Assembly (NCBI GenBank): GCA_003560665.1
Contig: PWKK01000023.1
Span: 186,040 to 250,039, forward strand
Direction: 5' to 3'
DNA from: Candidatus Nealsonbacteria bacterium
GTDB taxonomy: Bacteria > Patescibacteriota > Minisyncoccia > Minisyncoccales > PWPS01
DNA length: 64,000 bases
Made by a program: the position numbers and the translations under genes. The notes under the pieces were generated by a model. The model had not been told where the DNA came from and made no database searches. It saw only the letters and a program-made list of their open reading frames with translations. Position 1 is the first letter of the stretch. Every line of letters starts with the position of its first letter. Of the stretch, positions 1 through 10,444 are shown one piece after another.

Positions 1-707
1 AACTAAGGGATGTTTCACGCTTTGACAGGAAAAACTACTTTTATCCCGACCTACCAAAAGGTTACCAGATATCACAAGACCGAAGACCACTTTGCTTTAA
101 CGGCTATCTTGAGGTTGAAGGAAGAAGGATTCGTGTCAACCGTATTCATTTAGAAGAAGATACGGGTCGCCTCGTTCATGACGAAAAAGCGGGGCACTCT
201 TTAGTAGACTTTAACCGTTCAGGAGTACCTCTCATGGAGCTTGTGACAGAAGCAGATATCCGTTCGGCAGATGAAGCACGGAAATTTGCCGAAGAACTGC
301 GATTGATATTCCGTTACCTGGGAGTGTCTGGAGCAAACATGGACCAGGGACAGATGAGAGTAGAAGTAAATATTTCTCTTTCACACATGGAAGGAAGAAA
401 AGGAACGAGAGTGGAGATTAAAAATCTAAATTCATTTCGTGCCGTCTATCACGCCACAGAGTATGAAATAAAAAGGCAGAGCGCGTTGATTGAAAAAGGA
501 GAAAGGGTTGTTCAAGAAACACGGGGGTGGAATGATAAAAAAGAAGAAACATTTAGCCAGAGAGACAAAGAAGGAGTACACGATTATCGCTACTTTCCGG
601 AACCTGACCTTCCTCCATTGAATCTAAAAAAAGAGCCGTTTAACAAAGACAAAGTTCAACTAGAAGTAGAGCTACCGCAAAAAAAAAGAAAGCGTTTTCA
701 CGAATAA
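1..707 (+). CDS. gatB: Asp-tRNA(Asn)/Glu-tRNA(Gln) amidotransferase subunit B, N-terminal and catalytic part (5' end off-window; closes at in-frame TAA 705-707)
   Basis: Frame 3 is open from the window edge. Translation FDRKNYFYPDLPKGYQISQ..IHLEEDTGRL..DFNRSGVPLMELVTEADI..RYFPEPDLPP is the GatB core. Confidence 0.9.
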   Translation, partial: LRDVSRFDRKNYFYPDLPKGYQISQDRRPLCFNGYLEVEGRRIRVNRIHLEEDTGRLVHDEKAGHSLVDFNRSGVPLMELVTEADIRSADEARKFAEELRLIFRYLGVSGANMDQGQMRVEVNISLSHMEGRKGTRVEIKNLNSFRAVYHATEYEIKRQSALIEKGERVVQETRGWNDKKEETFSQRDKEGVHDYRYFPEPDLPPLNLKKEPFNKDKVQLEVELPQKKRKRFHE

Positions 708-1265
708 TACGGAGTAGAAGGGCCAAAAGAGATAGAAGTTTTTATAAGTAACCGGGATTTAGCGGATTATTTTGAAGGAGTTATCTCGGATGCGATTGGA
801 AGAATAAAAAAGGAAGAGTGGAAGGATAGCTTAAGAGAGGAAGAGAAAAAAGAAATTATTCGTATTTCTAAAAGCTATCTTCTTTCTGACTTTTTAGGGA
901 TACTTGAAGGGAGGTCGATAAAAGAGTCTTTGATTGATCCAGACCAGTTTGCAGAGTTTGTTTTACTTATTTATAAAAAAGAAATTTCCAGCAAAATTGC
1001 AAAAACAGTTCTGAAAGAGATGTTTCATGAAGGGAAAAGTGCTGGGGAAGTTATTAAAGAAAAAGATTTATCGCAAATGAGTGACCAAGGAGAGATAGAA
1101 AAGATTGTTTTAGAGGTAATCGAGGAAAACAAAAAGGCAGCAGATGACTACAGGGAGGGGAAAGAGGAGGCGCTTAAGTTTTTGGTAGGAAAAGTGATGG
1201 CAAAAACAAAAGGGAGAGCCGCCCCCGAAGAGGTAAACAAAATATTTAAACAACAGCTAAAATAA
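708..1265 (+). CDS. gatB: GatB C-terminal helical / YqeY-like tail, same reading frame as 1-707 and open directly after the TAA (first start-like codon only at 930)
   Basis: YGVEGPKEIEVFISNRDLADYFEGV..AKTVLKEMF..ALKFLVGKVMAKTKGRAAPEEV matches the GatB tail domain. No frame change relative to 1-707. Confidence 0.8.
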   Translation, partial: YGVEGPKEIEVFISNRDLADYFEGVISDAIGRIKKEEWKDSLREEEKKEIIRISKSYLLSDFLGILEGRSIKESLIDPDQFAEFVLLIYKKEISSKIAKTVLKEMFHEGKSAGEVIKEKDLSQMSDQGEIEKIVLEVIEENKKAADDYREGKEEALKFLVGKVMAKTKGRAAPEEVNKIFKQQLK

Positions 1266-1279
1266 GATTCTGTAAAAAG

Positions 1280-2194
1280 TTACCCCTCTGATAGCCAAAG
1301 AAATGTTTTGGTAAGAGCTTCAGCTTCCCGGTAGTTTTTAACCCAGTTTATTCTTTCGTCACGCTTCCACCACTGCATCTGTCGCTTACTGAGTTTACGA
1401 GTATTGGCAATAATTCCTTGTTTCATCTCTTCGTAGTTGATTTTGTCTTGAAGATAAAGAGCGGTCCACCTATATTCTAATCCGAATCCCTCTATTCTTT
1501 TCCACGAAACACCGTTGTCTTTTATTCTTTTCGTCTCTTCAACCATTCGCAATTTTAAGCGCTTTTTTAAGCGCTTCTTTATTTTTTTGTTTAACTCTTC
1601 CTGACTTATCTTTATTCCCAAGTAAAGAGGGGAGTAGGGTGGCTTTGTTTTTATTTTCGGAACCGGTCTTTTTGTTTCTTTAATAATTTCAAAAGCTCTT
1701 ATCAGCCGTCTTTTGTTTCTTTTGTCAATATTTTTTGCCCTTACGGGATCTTTCTTTTTCAGTTCTTTGTATAGCTGCTCTGTGTTTTTTCTCTCTAACT
1801 CTTTTCTCAGCTTCCAATCAGGAGAAACTTCCGGAATTACAATTCCGTTGACGAGAGCAGCGATATAAAATGCAGTCCCTCCGCAAACAACGGGAGTTTT
1901 TTTCTTTTTTAATATTTTTTCGATTGCTTTCTGGGAAAGCTCTTTGTACTGAGCAACGGTAAATTTTCTTTTCGGGCTTGCAACATCTAAAAGGTGGTGT
2001 GGGACACCTTTCATTTCCTCGGGAGTAATCTTTCCTGATCCGATATCCATTCCCCGGTAAACCTGTCTTGAATCGGCAGAAACAACTTCCCCGTTAAATT
2101 TAAGAGACAGTTTTACTGCCAATTCACTTTTCCCCGAAGAAGTTGGTCCGAGAACAATGATTATTTTCGGCTTATCTTTCCTTTTAATCCCCAT
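1280..2194 (-). CDS. miaA: tRNA dimethylallyltransferase
   Basis: P-loop IIIVLGPTSSGKSELA, then SADSRQVYRGMDIGSGKITPEE..VPHHLLDV. Overlaps the miaB stop by 34 nt. Confidence 0.9.
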   Translation of the reverse strand: MGIKRKDKPKIIIVLGPTSSGKSELAVKLSLKFNGEVVSADSRQVYRGMDIGSGKITPEEMKGVPHHLLDVASPKRKFTVAQYKELSQKAIEKILKKKKTPVVCGGTAFYIAALVNGIVIPEVSPDWKLRKELERKNTEQLYKELKKKDPVRAKNIDKRNKRRLIRAFEIIKETKRPVPKIKTKPPYSPLYLGIKISQEELNKKIKKRLKKRLKLRMVEETKRIKDNGVSWKRIEGFGLEYRWTALYLQDKINYEEMKQGIIANTRKLSKRQMQWWKRDERINWVKNYREAEALTKTFLWLSEG

Positions 2195-3414
2195 GAAGAG
2201 TAGTCGGTTATTTCTGCTTTAATAAATTTTCCAATTAGTTCTTTGGAGCCTTCAAAAAGTACGGTTTTATAGCCTTCTGTTTTTCCGAAAAGAAAGCCCT
2301 TCTTTTTACTTTCCTTGGTGACTAATACCCGTAGTTTTTTCCCTTTGTAGGGCTTGTTTTTTTCCAGGCTGCTTTCTTTTAAAATTTCTACCAGTATTTT
2401 TTCTCTTCTCCTTTTTTCTTCTTCGGAGACTGTTTCCTCCATTTCGGAGGCGGCGGTTTGCGAGCGAGAAGAATAGCGGGCGATATAGGCCATGTCAAAC
2501 TGTATTTCGCTAAACAGGGTAGCTGTGTTGCGGAATTTTTTTTCGGTTTCTCCCGGAAAACCAACAATAATGTCCGTTGAAAGAGCGATGTCGGGTATTT
2601 CTCTTCTAACTCTTTTCACTGTTTCTCGATAATCTTGCGCCGTATACGGACGGTTCATTTTTTCTAAAATTGCATTGTCTCCAGATTGAACAGGGAGATG
2701 AAGATAGTTAGTGACCTTTTTACAATCTTTAATCGTGAAAATAATGTTGTCGGAAAAATCTTTCGGGTGAGAAGTAGTGAACCTTAACCAGAAATTACCA
2801 TGTATTTTGTTTATTTCCTTCAAAAGCTTTGAAAAATCGACTCCTCCGTTATAGGAGTTTACATTTTGTCCCAAAAGCCACACTTCTCGGTAACCTTTTT
2901 TTATAGCTTCTTTCACTTCTTTAATGACTTCCGTTGCCGGGCGGGAAAACTCCCTTCCTTTTGTATAAGGAACGACACAGTAAGAGCAAAAGTTATTACA
3001 TCCAGTCATAATAGAAACGTATGCAGTTGGACCGCTCCTTTTTAAACTTAAATTAAAAAAGGGAATATTTTCCTTCTTTAGAAAAGGTAGTGGCCATGAG
3101 GAAACAAGGGTGATAGGCAGCACATGATCGGCAAGAGGGGATAATTTTTTCCGATCTTTTTCTAGCAAGCAACCGGTAACGATTATTAACGGTTTATTTT
3201 TAATTTTCCTTAGTTTTCTGATTTTTCCTTCTATTCTGTCAACAGCAGACTGTCTTATGCTACAGGAGTTTATCACAACAATATCAGATTTTTCTGCAGG
3301 CGCTTCTTTTAATCCTTTTTCATCAAAAAAACCGGCGATTCTTTCGCTGTCATTTATGTTCATCTGGCATCCGTAAGTAATGATTGAATAACTTGTAAAG
3401 AGATTATTCGTCAT
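2161..3414 (-). CDS. miaB: tRNA-i6A37 methylthiotransferase (radical SAM, MiaB family)
   Basis: N-terminal YGCQMN, radical-SAM CNNFCSYCVVPYTKGRE, C-terminal TRAM-like region. Confidence 0.88.
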   Translation of the reverse strand: MTNNLFTSYSIITYGCQMNINDSERIAGFFDEKGLKEAPAEKSDIVVINSCSIRQSAVDRIEGKIRKLRKIKNKPLIIVTGCLLEKDRKKLSPLADHVLPITLVSSWPLPFLKKENIPFFNLSLKRSGPTAYVSIMTGCNNFCSYCVVPYTKGREFSRPATEVIKEVKEAIKKGYREVWLLGQNVNSYNGGVDFSKLLKEINKIHGNFWLRFTTSHPKDFSDNIIFTIKDCKKVTNYLHLPVQSGDNAILEKMNRPYTAQDYRETVKRVRREIPDIALSTDIIVGFPGETEKKFRNTATLFSEIQFDMAYIARYSSRSQTAASEMEETVSEEEKRRREKILVEILKESSLEKNKPYKGKKLRVLVTKESKKKGFLFGKTEGYKTVLFEGSKELIGKFIKAEITDYSSWGLKGKISRK

Positions 3415-4507
3415 ATATTTTTTCCTTCCTTTTTCTTAAATCTTCGAGGATTTTTTCGAGAGAGGTAGAAATATTTTTCTGGGAAGATTTCGAAGAAGGG
3501 CGGGGTGATTGAGGGCGAGAGAAATTTTCATTTCGAGAAAGAATATAGTGTCTAACCTTTATCAAGGGGAAGGCGACAGTATCCATAATAACATGTAAAA
3601 AACGTTCCCTTTCTTGAATCATATAAATCTCTTTTGCAATTTCTTTTATCATTACTCCCACAAAGCAAGTAAAAACAAAAAGGGAAAACAGTATGGCCGA
3701 ATAAAAAGAGGGAAGGCTTAAAAGTTCCAGGATTAAAAAAATAATTATTGCTATAAAAACAAACCCAATAGAATAAAATATGTTTATGAGAAGGTGGGTC
3801 GGATTTTTTTTCTCTTTAGAGAAAAAGACGCTGCATGAAGTATCTTCCTTTTTTTTGTACAAGATACTCATTATCTCCAGGAGTATTCTTTTTTTGTTTT
3901 TTGAGGGAAGAGCAGGAAGATTAAAGACAAGAGAGGCAGCCATTAACGTTGGAACCAATGAGAGAAGAACCCTGGACTGTAAAGTAAAGTTGATTAAGAA
4001 GAAAGAAGATAAAAAAACGATGAAGAAAACAAACAAAGTTAAAAAAAGTATTCTTTGATGTATTCTTTTTTCTAGCCTTTTCTTTCTTTTTTCATAAATT
4101 ACTTCTGCCTCTTCTTTCAATCTTTCCGGATCGGAAAGAAACTTTTTCAATCCATTTTTTTTGTTTTTTAAAATCTCACCGATAATCAAGTAAGCTGTTT
4201 TGTGGGCTCTACAGAAAAGGTATATTTTTTTGAAAGCACTTTTCTCTAGAAGATACTTGAAATCTTTTTTTCCGGGAAATGCGTAGCCTAGAGAAGACGA
4301 ACGGTCGAAATTAAAAACAGCTTGCAGGACGGCGATATAAAGAAGGGAGTTTTTTTCTTCTTCGGTAATATTTCCCTCAATTTTTATCTTTTTTTTAATC
4401 GAATTAAAGGTATATTCGTAAATGATTTCAGTCAAGCTACCTTCTTTTTTATCAAGACGGCTGATGTCTTTTATTAGTTTTTGTGTTAAAGGGGACGGTT
4501 CAGCCAT
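3404..4507 (-). CDS. hypothetical polytopic membrane protein
   Basis: 367-aa ORF with several long hydrophobic segments. No family recognised. Confidence 0.6.
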   Translation of the reverse strand: MAEPSPLTQKLIKDISRLDKKEGSLTEIIYEYTFNSIKKKIKIEGNITEEEKNSLLYIAVLQAVFNFDRSSSLGYAFPGKKDFKYLLEKSAFKKIYLFCRAHKTAYLIIGEILKNKKNGLKKFLSDPERLKEEAEVIYEKRKKRLEKRIHQRILFLTLFVFFIVFLSSFFLINFTLQSRVLLSLVPTLMAASLVFNLPALPSKNKKRILLEIMSILYKKKEDTSCSVFFSKEKKNPTHLLINIFYSIGFVFIAIIIFLILELLSLPSFYSAILFSLFVFTCFVGVMIKEIAKEIYMIQERERFLHVIMDTVAFPLIKVRHYILSRNENFSRPQSPRPSSKSSQKNISTSLEKILEDLRKRKEKIYDE

Positions 4508-4528
4508 ATTTATTTAGCAATCATAGTA

Positions 4529-6277
4529 CTACTTGTCCTTGTTAAACTTTTTTACTGTTGATTCTTTCTTTATTCTTGTTACTAGATTGTCGAGGTTTAC
4601 CATTCCCTCATCTTTGCCGCGGTATCTAACACTCACTGATTCGCCGGCTTTTTCTTTCTCTCCGACAACGAGCAAATATGGTATTTTTTGGACCTCACCG
4701 TTCCTTATTTTCTTAGAAAGAGTTTCATTATCGATGTCCAACGAAACTCTGAAATTTTCCTCTTTTAATTTTCCGAGAACTTTTTCCGCGTAATCGTTAA
4801 CTTTTTCGGAAATGGGAATAATTCGTACTTGCTCGGGAGAAAGCCAGAGAGGAAACTCTCCTTTTGTGTGTTCGATGTAAACCCCTAAGAATCTCTCAAT
4901 AGAACCGAGAAGTGCACGGTGAATCATAAAAGGAGTTTGCTCTTTTCCATCATTATCGGTATAGGTCATATCAAAACGGGAAGGAAGATTGAAATCAACC
5001 TGGATTGTTGAAAGCTGCCATCTTCTTCCTACGGCATCGACCGCATCGATATCAATCTTTGGGGCGTAAAATACCGCACCGCCTTCATCCAATTCAAAAC
5101 CGGAAGGGCTAAAAACGGAAAGAGCATCTTTTAGTGATTGTTCTGCCTTTTCCCAGTCTTTGTTCTTTCCAAAATACTTGTCAAGGTTTTTGGAATCACG
5201 AACGGAGAGTTTGTAGACCAAGTTTTCCATCTTGAGCGTACTGTAGATGTAACGGATAATTTTCAGAGCACCAGTGATTTCGCTTTCCAACTGGTCGTCG
5301 GTGCAGATAATATGCGCATCGTCTTGCGTAAATCCGCGAGGTCTTGTCAGGCCGTGAAGTTCTCCTGATTTTTCGTAACGGTAAACAGTTCCCATCTCTG
5401 CCCATCTGATGGGGAGTTCTTTGTAACTTCTTATTTCCGAGTTGTACATTTTTACGTGAAAAGGGCAGTTCATTGGCTTTAAACGGTAATTTTTTTCGTC
5501 AACCGAGAGAGCTCCGTACATATCATCCTTGTAAAATTTTAAATGACCCGAACGCTCCCAAAGGTCTTCACGTGCAATATGTGGTGTAGAAACGGTTTCG
5601 TATCCGTTTTTCAGATATGTTTCCATTGCAAAGTTCATCAAAAGATAACGGATCATTCCTCCTTTCGGAAGGTAAAGGGGGAGCCCTTGTCCCACCTCTT
5701 CATCAAACATAAAAAGTTGAAGTGTTTTTCCTATTTTTCGGTGATCTCTTTTTTCTGCTTCTTCTCTATTGGAGAGATAATCGGAAAGTTCTTTTTTTGT
5801 TTCAAACGCTAACCCGTATATTCTCTTCAGCATAGGATTTTTTTCAGAGCCCATAAAGTAAGCTCCCGCGGTTCTGTCTAATTTAAAGCTGTTCGGGTCG
5901 ATTTCTGCGGAAGTATTTACATGAGGACCATTACACAAATCTATGAATTTTTCGCTTTCGTAAACAGTGACACTTTTTTCTTTAACAGCATCAATCAGTT
6001 CTTTTTTATAGGGCTCATTTCGAAATAAATCTTTTGCCTCTTTTTTGCTGATTATCTTTTTCTCAAAAGAGATGTTTCGCTTTATTATCTCTTTCATTTT
6101 CTCTTCGATTTTCGGAAGATCATCTTCACCGATATTTATATTATCGAAATCATAGTAAAAACCGTTTTTAATGGCCGGCCCTGTTCCGAGAATTGTTTCC
6201 GGGTAAAGTTCTTTTACGGCACTTGCCAAGATGTGTGCCAGTGAGTGTCTGATTTTTTCTATATTTTTGTTAACCAT
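4529..6277 (-). CDS. thrS: threonyl-tRNA synthetase (starts at the editing domain, no N-terminal TGS domain)
   Basis: IRHSLAHILASAVKELYP..GFYYDFD editing motif, class II core RPRGFTQDDAHIIC, anticodon-binding C-terminus. Confidence 0.92.
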   Translation of the reverse strand: MVNKNIEKIRHSLAHILASAVKELYPETILGTGPAIKNGFYYDFDNINIGEDDLPKIEEKMKEIIKRNISFEKKIISKKEAKDLFRNEPYKKELIDAVKEKSVTVYESEKFIDLCNGPHVNTSAEIDPNSFKLDRTAGAYFMGSEKNPMLKRIYGLAFETKKELSDYLSNREEAEKRDHRKIGKTLQLFMFDEEVGQGLPLYLPKGGMIRYLLMNFAMETYLKNGYETVSTPHIAREDLWERSGHLKFYKDDMYGALSVDEKNYRLKPMNCPFHVKMYNSEIRSYKELPIRWAEMGTVYRYEKSGELHGLTRPRGFTQDDAHIICTDDQLESEITGALKIIRYIYSTLKMENLVYKLSVRDSKNLDKYFGKNKDWEKAEQSLKDALSVFSPSGFELDEGGAVFYAPKIDIDAVDAVGRRWQLSTIQVDFNLPSRFDMTYTDNDGKEQTPFMIHRALLGSIERFLGVYIEHTKGEFPLWLSPEQVRIIPISEKVNDYAEKVLGKLKEENFRVSLDIDNETLSKKIRNGEVQKIPYLLVVGEKEKAGESVSVRYRGKDEGMVNLDNLVTRIKKESTVKKFNKDK

Positions 6278-6407
6278 ACATTTTTATTTATTTTTTATAT
6301 TATACCATCAATAACAGAAACAACAAAGGAGAGCAGTAAAGGCTAAGCAAGTGCAGTTAAAATATCCTTATTCTGTTACTAGTATCGGCTCAAATGTGTG
6401 TTCTGTG

Positions 6408-9400
6408 TCATGTTATTTCTTCTGCGTTTTCACAGATAATTTTTGGCGCTTCGTCACGGTAGCTCATTTTCCCGGAAACAAAAATAGATTTTCCTTCTTC
6501 AAAGAAACCACCGTTTTTCTTTAATGTACGAGGAAAAACTATTACCTCGATATTGTCTGTTAAGTCTTCTACGCGAACAAAGTACATCGGCTCTCCAGAT
6601 TTGGTTGTTATTTTTTTAACACTGGAAACAATAACGCCGACTCTTACCTTCGTTTCGGAGACCTGTTTTTTTGCTTTTCGGATTGTAATCCCTCCGTTTT
6701 CTGTTTTCTCTCTTAGGTGTTCTAACGGGTGTCCGGTAATAAAAAGCCCGAGGAGTTTTTTTTCCCACTCCAGCTTTTCTTTTTCGCTTAGTGGGGGAGA
6801 TTTCTCCAGCTTTAAATCTGCTTGCATCATTTCCGTGTCAAAAAGACCGCTCTGACCGTTAGTCTTGTTTTTTCTTTTTTCTCTGCTGTATTCGAGTATT
6901 CTGTCAATGTTGTAGAGGAGCTCTCCTCTTTCTCTGAAATTATCAAAAGCACCGGAGAGAATAAGGCTTTCCATTGATTTTTTGTTTAAACTTTGAGATT
7001 CGATGCGTGTCAAAAAATCGTCAAGAGAAGCGAAGAAACCGTTCTCTTTTCTTTCTTTTATAATAACTTCCACGATCTTCGTGCCTACATTTTTTATTGC
7101 TGAAAGACCGAAACGAATCTGGTTTTTCTCGGGAACAACACTAAAGCCCATAAAACTTTCGTTGATATCGGGAGGGAGAACATCGATTCCCATCTTTTTG
7201 CAATCGCCGATTAAGAAGCCTATTCTTTCGGTGTCGTTTTGGTCTGCCGTAAGAAGAGAAGACATAAACTCTTTCGGGTAGTGGGCTTTAAGGTATGCGG
7301 TTTGGTAGGCAATTTGCGCGTAAGCGGCAGCGTGACTCTTGTTAAAAGAGTATTGCGCAAAGGGTTCTATCCAACTCCAAAGCTTTTGACCAACCTCTTC
7401 TCTGATCCCGTTTTCCTTAATTCCCTTCATAAATTTGCTTTTTTGTCCTTTAAGCAGTTTTTCAATCTTTTTACCGATAGCCTTTCTTAAAACATCTGCT
7501 TCTTCTAGTGTATAACCGGCAAGGTCGCTGGCAATCTTCATTACCTGTTCCTGGAAAACACAAATACCGTAAGTCGATTTTAATATCGGCTCTAAGCGTG
7601 GATGCAAGTATGTTATTTCTTTTTTTCCTTGTTTTCTTTCGATATATTCGGGAATAAACTTCATCGGGCCGGGTCGGTAAAGAGAAACCATGGCAATAAC
7701 CTCCTCGATGTTATTTGGTTTGAGTTGTTTTAAGTATCTTTGCATTCCTCCGCTCTCCAGTTGGAAGATTCCAACAGTTTTTCCTTCCCGAAGAAGAGAA
7801 AATGTTTTTTTATCGTCTAGAGGGATTGTTTCGAGATCAATATTTTCTTTATGGATGGCATATATTTTTTTTAAGGTATCTTCAATTGTAGTTAGATTTT
7901 TTAGTCCTAAAAGGTCCATTTTTAAAAGACCCAAATCTTCTATGTAATCCATCGAGTATTGTGTTACGGTAACTTCTTCATTTTGAGTGGGGTGTTGGAG
8001 GGGAACGATATCTTGAAGAGGTTTGTCGGAAATAACAACCCCACAGGCATGAGTTGAAGCGTGCCTGGTTACTCCCTCCAGTTTCTCGGCATGGTCGATA
8101 AGCTCTCGCGCACTTTTGTCCGTATCGTACAGCTGTCTAAACTCTCCGACGTTCTCTCTTGTTTCTTTTAAATTTGAACCGAAAGGAATCATCTTTGCAA
8201 TTTTATCACAGTAGGAGTATGAATATCCAAGAGACCTACCAACATCTCTGATTGCTGCTCTGGCGGCCATTGTTCCGAAAGTAATTATTTGTGCAACCCG
8301 GTCTTTACCATATTTTTCCGCAATGTAGTTTATTACTTCGTCTCTTCTTCTGTCTGCAAAATCGAGATCGATGTCGGGTAAGGAAACTTTCGCTCTTCCA
8401 GGATTGAGAAATCTTTCAAAGATAAGACCGTAGTGCAAGGGATCAATGTTTGTTATTCCCAGAAGATACGCAACAAGAGATCCACCGGCACTACCCCTAC
8501 CGGGACCAACAACAATCTTCTCTTCCTTTGCCCAGTTAACAAAGTCCTGAACAATAAGAAAGTAAGAAGAAAGGTTTGCATCGATGATAACATCAAGCTC
8601 CATGTTGAGACGATTTTTTATCTCTTTTGTTTTTTCTTTATTCCGTTGAGGGTATCTTTTTTCAATACCCTTTTCGCAAAGCTCTTTTAGTTTCTTGTCT
8701 ACTGTTTTCCCTTCTTCGACGGGGAAGTGAGGAAGTATAATTTTTCCCAAAGAAATCTCCAGATCACACATCTTCTTTATTTTCTGAGTGTTCTCCAGCG
8801 CTTCGGGGACATTCTCAAAAAGTTTTTTCATATCCTCCGGAGTGCGCATTGAAAAGTCATCATCTGTCATTGTAAGGCGCTCAGAATTGTTAATGTCTGA
8901 TCCGGTTCCGATAGACATTAAAATATCTTGTGTTGTTGCATCTTCTGACTGCAGATAGTGGGAGTCACAGGTAGCGACAAGAGGAATTCCCGTTTCCCGT
9001 GATATTTTTATAAACTCATCATTTACTATTTTTTGTTCTTCAATATTCGGATGGTGTTGGATTTCTAAGTAAAAACTATTTTTTTCAAAGATATTCTTGT
9101 AATAAAGTGCCAACTCTTTTGCCTTTTCTCTTTCTTTTGTAAGAACGAGATGGGGAACTTTTCCCTTAATGCAAGCGGTAAGGGCGATCAAACCCTCCGT
9201 ATGATTTTTTAAAAAGTCTTCATCTATTCTCGGCTTGTAATAAAAACCCTTAAGTTGTGCTTGGGTGATTATCCTCACTAGGTTTTGATAACCTTTTTCG
9301 TTTTTTGCAAGAAGAACCATGTGGTATGACTTGTTGTCTATATGTGGCCTTTTGTCGAGCATTCCGTCTGTTGCCATGTATATTTCTGCACCGATAATAG

Positions 9401-9581
9401 GCTTTATTCCCGCTTCTTTTGCTTTTTTGTAGAACTCAATAGATCCATAAAGCGCACCGTGATCGGTAAGAGCCACAGAGTCCATGCCATGTTTTTTTAC
9501 ATGGCTCAGGAGTTGATCTATTTTTGGTAGTCCGTCTAAAAGACTGTACTCGGAGTGGACGTGTAGATGAGTAAAAGACAT
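6408..9581 (-). CDS. dnaE: DNA polymerase III alpha subunit
   Basis: PHP domain FTHLHVHSEYSLLDG, palm/fingers GPGRGSAGGSLVAYLLGIT..PDIDLDF, C-terminal OB-fold region. Confidence 0.95.
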   Translation of the reverse strand: MSFTHLHVHSEYSLLDGLPKIDQLLSHVKKHGMDSVALTDHGALYGSIEFYKKAKEAGIKPIIGAEIYMATDGMLDKRPHIDNKSYHMVLLAKNEKGYQNLVRIITQAQLKGFYYKPRIDEDFLKNHTEGLIALTACIKGKVPHLVLTKEREKAKELALYYKNIFEKNSFYLEIQHHPNIEEQKIVNDEFIKISRETGIPLVATCDSHYLQSEDATTQDILMSIGTGSDINNSERLTMTDDDFSMRTPEDMKKLFENVPEALENTQKIKKMCDLEISLGKIILPHFPVEEGKTVDKKLKELCEKGIEKRYPQRNKEKTKEIKNRLNMELDVIIDANLSSYFLIVQDFVNWAKEEKIVVGPGRGSAGGSLVAYLLGITNIDPLHYGLIFERFLNPGRAKVSLPDIDLDFADRRRDEVINYIAEKYGKDRVAQIITFGTMAARAAIRDVGRSLGYSYSYCDKIAKMIPFGSNLKETRENVGEFRQLYDTDKSARELIDHAEKLEGVTRHASTHACGVVISDKPLQDIVPLQHPTQNEEVTVTQYSMDYIEDLGLLKMDLLGLKNLTTIEDTLKKIYAIHKENIDLETIPLDDKKTFSLLREGKTVGIFQLESGGMQRYLKQLKPNNIEEVIAMVSLYRPGPMKFIPEYIERKQGKKEITYLHPRLEPILKSTYGICVFQEQVMKIASDLAGYTLEEADVLRKAIGKKIEKLLKGQKSKFMKGIKENGIREEVGQKLWSWIEPFAQYSFNKSHAAAYAQIAYQTAYLKAHYPKEFMSSLLTADQNDTERIGFLIGDCKKMGIDVLPPDINESFMGFSVVPEKNQIRFGLSAIKNVGTKIVEVIIKERKENGFFASLDDFLTRIESQSLNKKSMESLILSGAFDNFRERGELLYNIDRILEYSREKRKNKTNGQSGLFDTEMMQADLKLEKSPPLSEKEKLEWEKKLLGLFITGHPLEHLREKTENGGITIRKAKKQVSETKVRVGVIVSSVKKITTKSGEPMYFVRVEDLTDNIEVIVFPRTLKKNGGFFEEGKSIFVSGKMSYRDEAPKIICENAEEIT

Positions 9582-9636
9582 AACCGATAAATAAATGTTA
9601 AAAAATGTGCTACAATTCTATATCATTTTAAAAGAT

Positions 9637-10209
9637 ATGGCAAAATTAAGCATCATTGGATTAGACGAAAGTGGAAGAGGCCCTTTGGCAGGACCTGTTG
9701 TCGCGGTTGCAGTAAGAGTGAAAAGCTTTGAGTCCGAGTTAAGAAATAAAAAAATAGGTATTTGCGATTCCAAAAAGCTGACTCCAAAGAAAAGAGAAAA
9801 GATTTACGAGTTAATAGCACGGCACCCCGATGTTGAGTGGGGGATGGGAGTTATTTCAAAGAATATAATTGATAAAATAAATATACTGGAAGCAACTAAG
9901 CTGGCAATGAAAGAAGCTGTGAGCGGAATTGATTACGCCGGATCACTTTTAATTATAGACGGTAATTTTAAAATAAATCTTGAGTGTAATCAAAAACCTG
10001 TTTTAAGAGCGGATGAGAGCGTTTTAGAGTGTTCGATGGCCTCCATTTTAGCTAAAGTGGAACGAGACAAAATGATGGACAGATATCACAAAATTTATCC
10101 CTGTTATGGCTTTCAAAAACACAAGGGATACGGAACAAAGATGCATCGTGAAATGATTAAAAAACACAAACCCTGCCCGATTCATCGAAAGTCTTTTCGC
10201 CTTCTTTGA
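9637..10209 (+). CDS. rnhB: ribonuclease HII
   Basis: GLDESGRGPLAGPVVAVAV motif. ATG 9637 is preferred over 9595 because an extended -10 (TGcTACAAT, 9608-9616) lies just upstream. Confidence 0.88.
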   Translation: MAKLSIIGLDESGRGPLAGPVVAVAVRVKSFESELRNKKIGICDSKKLTPKKREKIYELIARHPDVEWGMGVISKNIIDKINILEATKLAMKEAVSGIDYAGSLLIIDGNFKINLECNQKPVLRADESVLECSMASILAKVERDKMMDRYHKIYPCYGFQKHKGYGTKMHREMIKKHKPCPIHRKSFRLL

Positions 10210-10444
10210 CTTTTTTATTTTAAGCTACAACCACCGTCGGCAACTATAGTAGTACTCTCCAAAAAGTGATTTTAATTTTAAAAACAACAGTGCGAGTAAA
10301 AGAATATTAATCGTAATAGAAGGAAACGGAGCAAAAGAAAATAAAGACGTTCTATAGGCGAAGAGAAAAGAGGGGTATTTACAGAACGGCTATTTTGAGA
10401 CTGAAAGCACCGATTGATCGAGTACAAGCTTCTTTTAATGAAGG

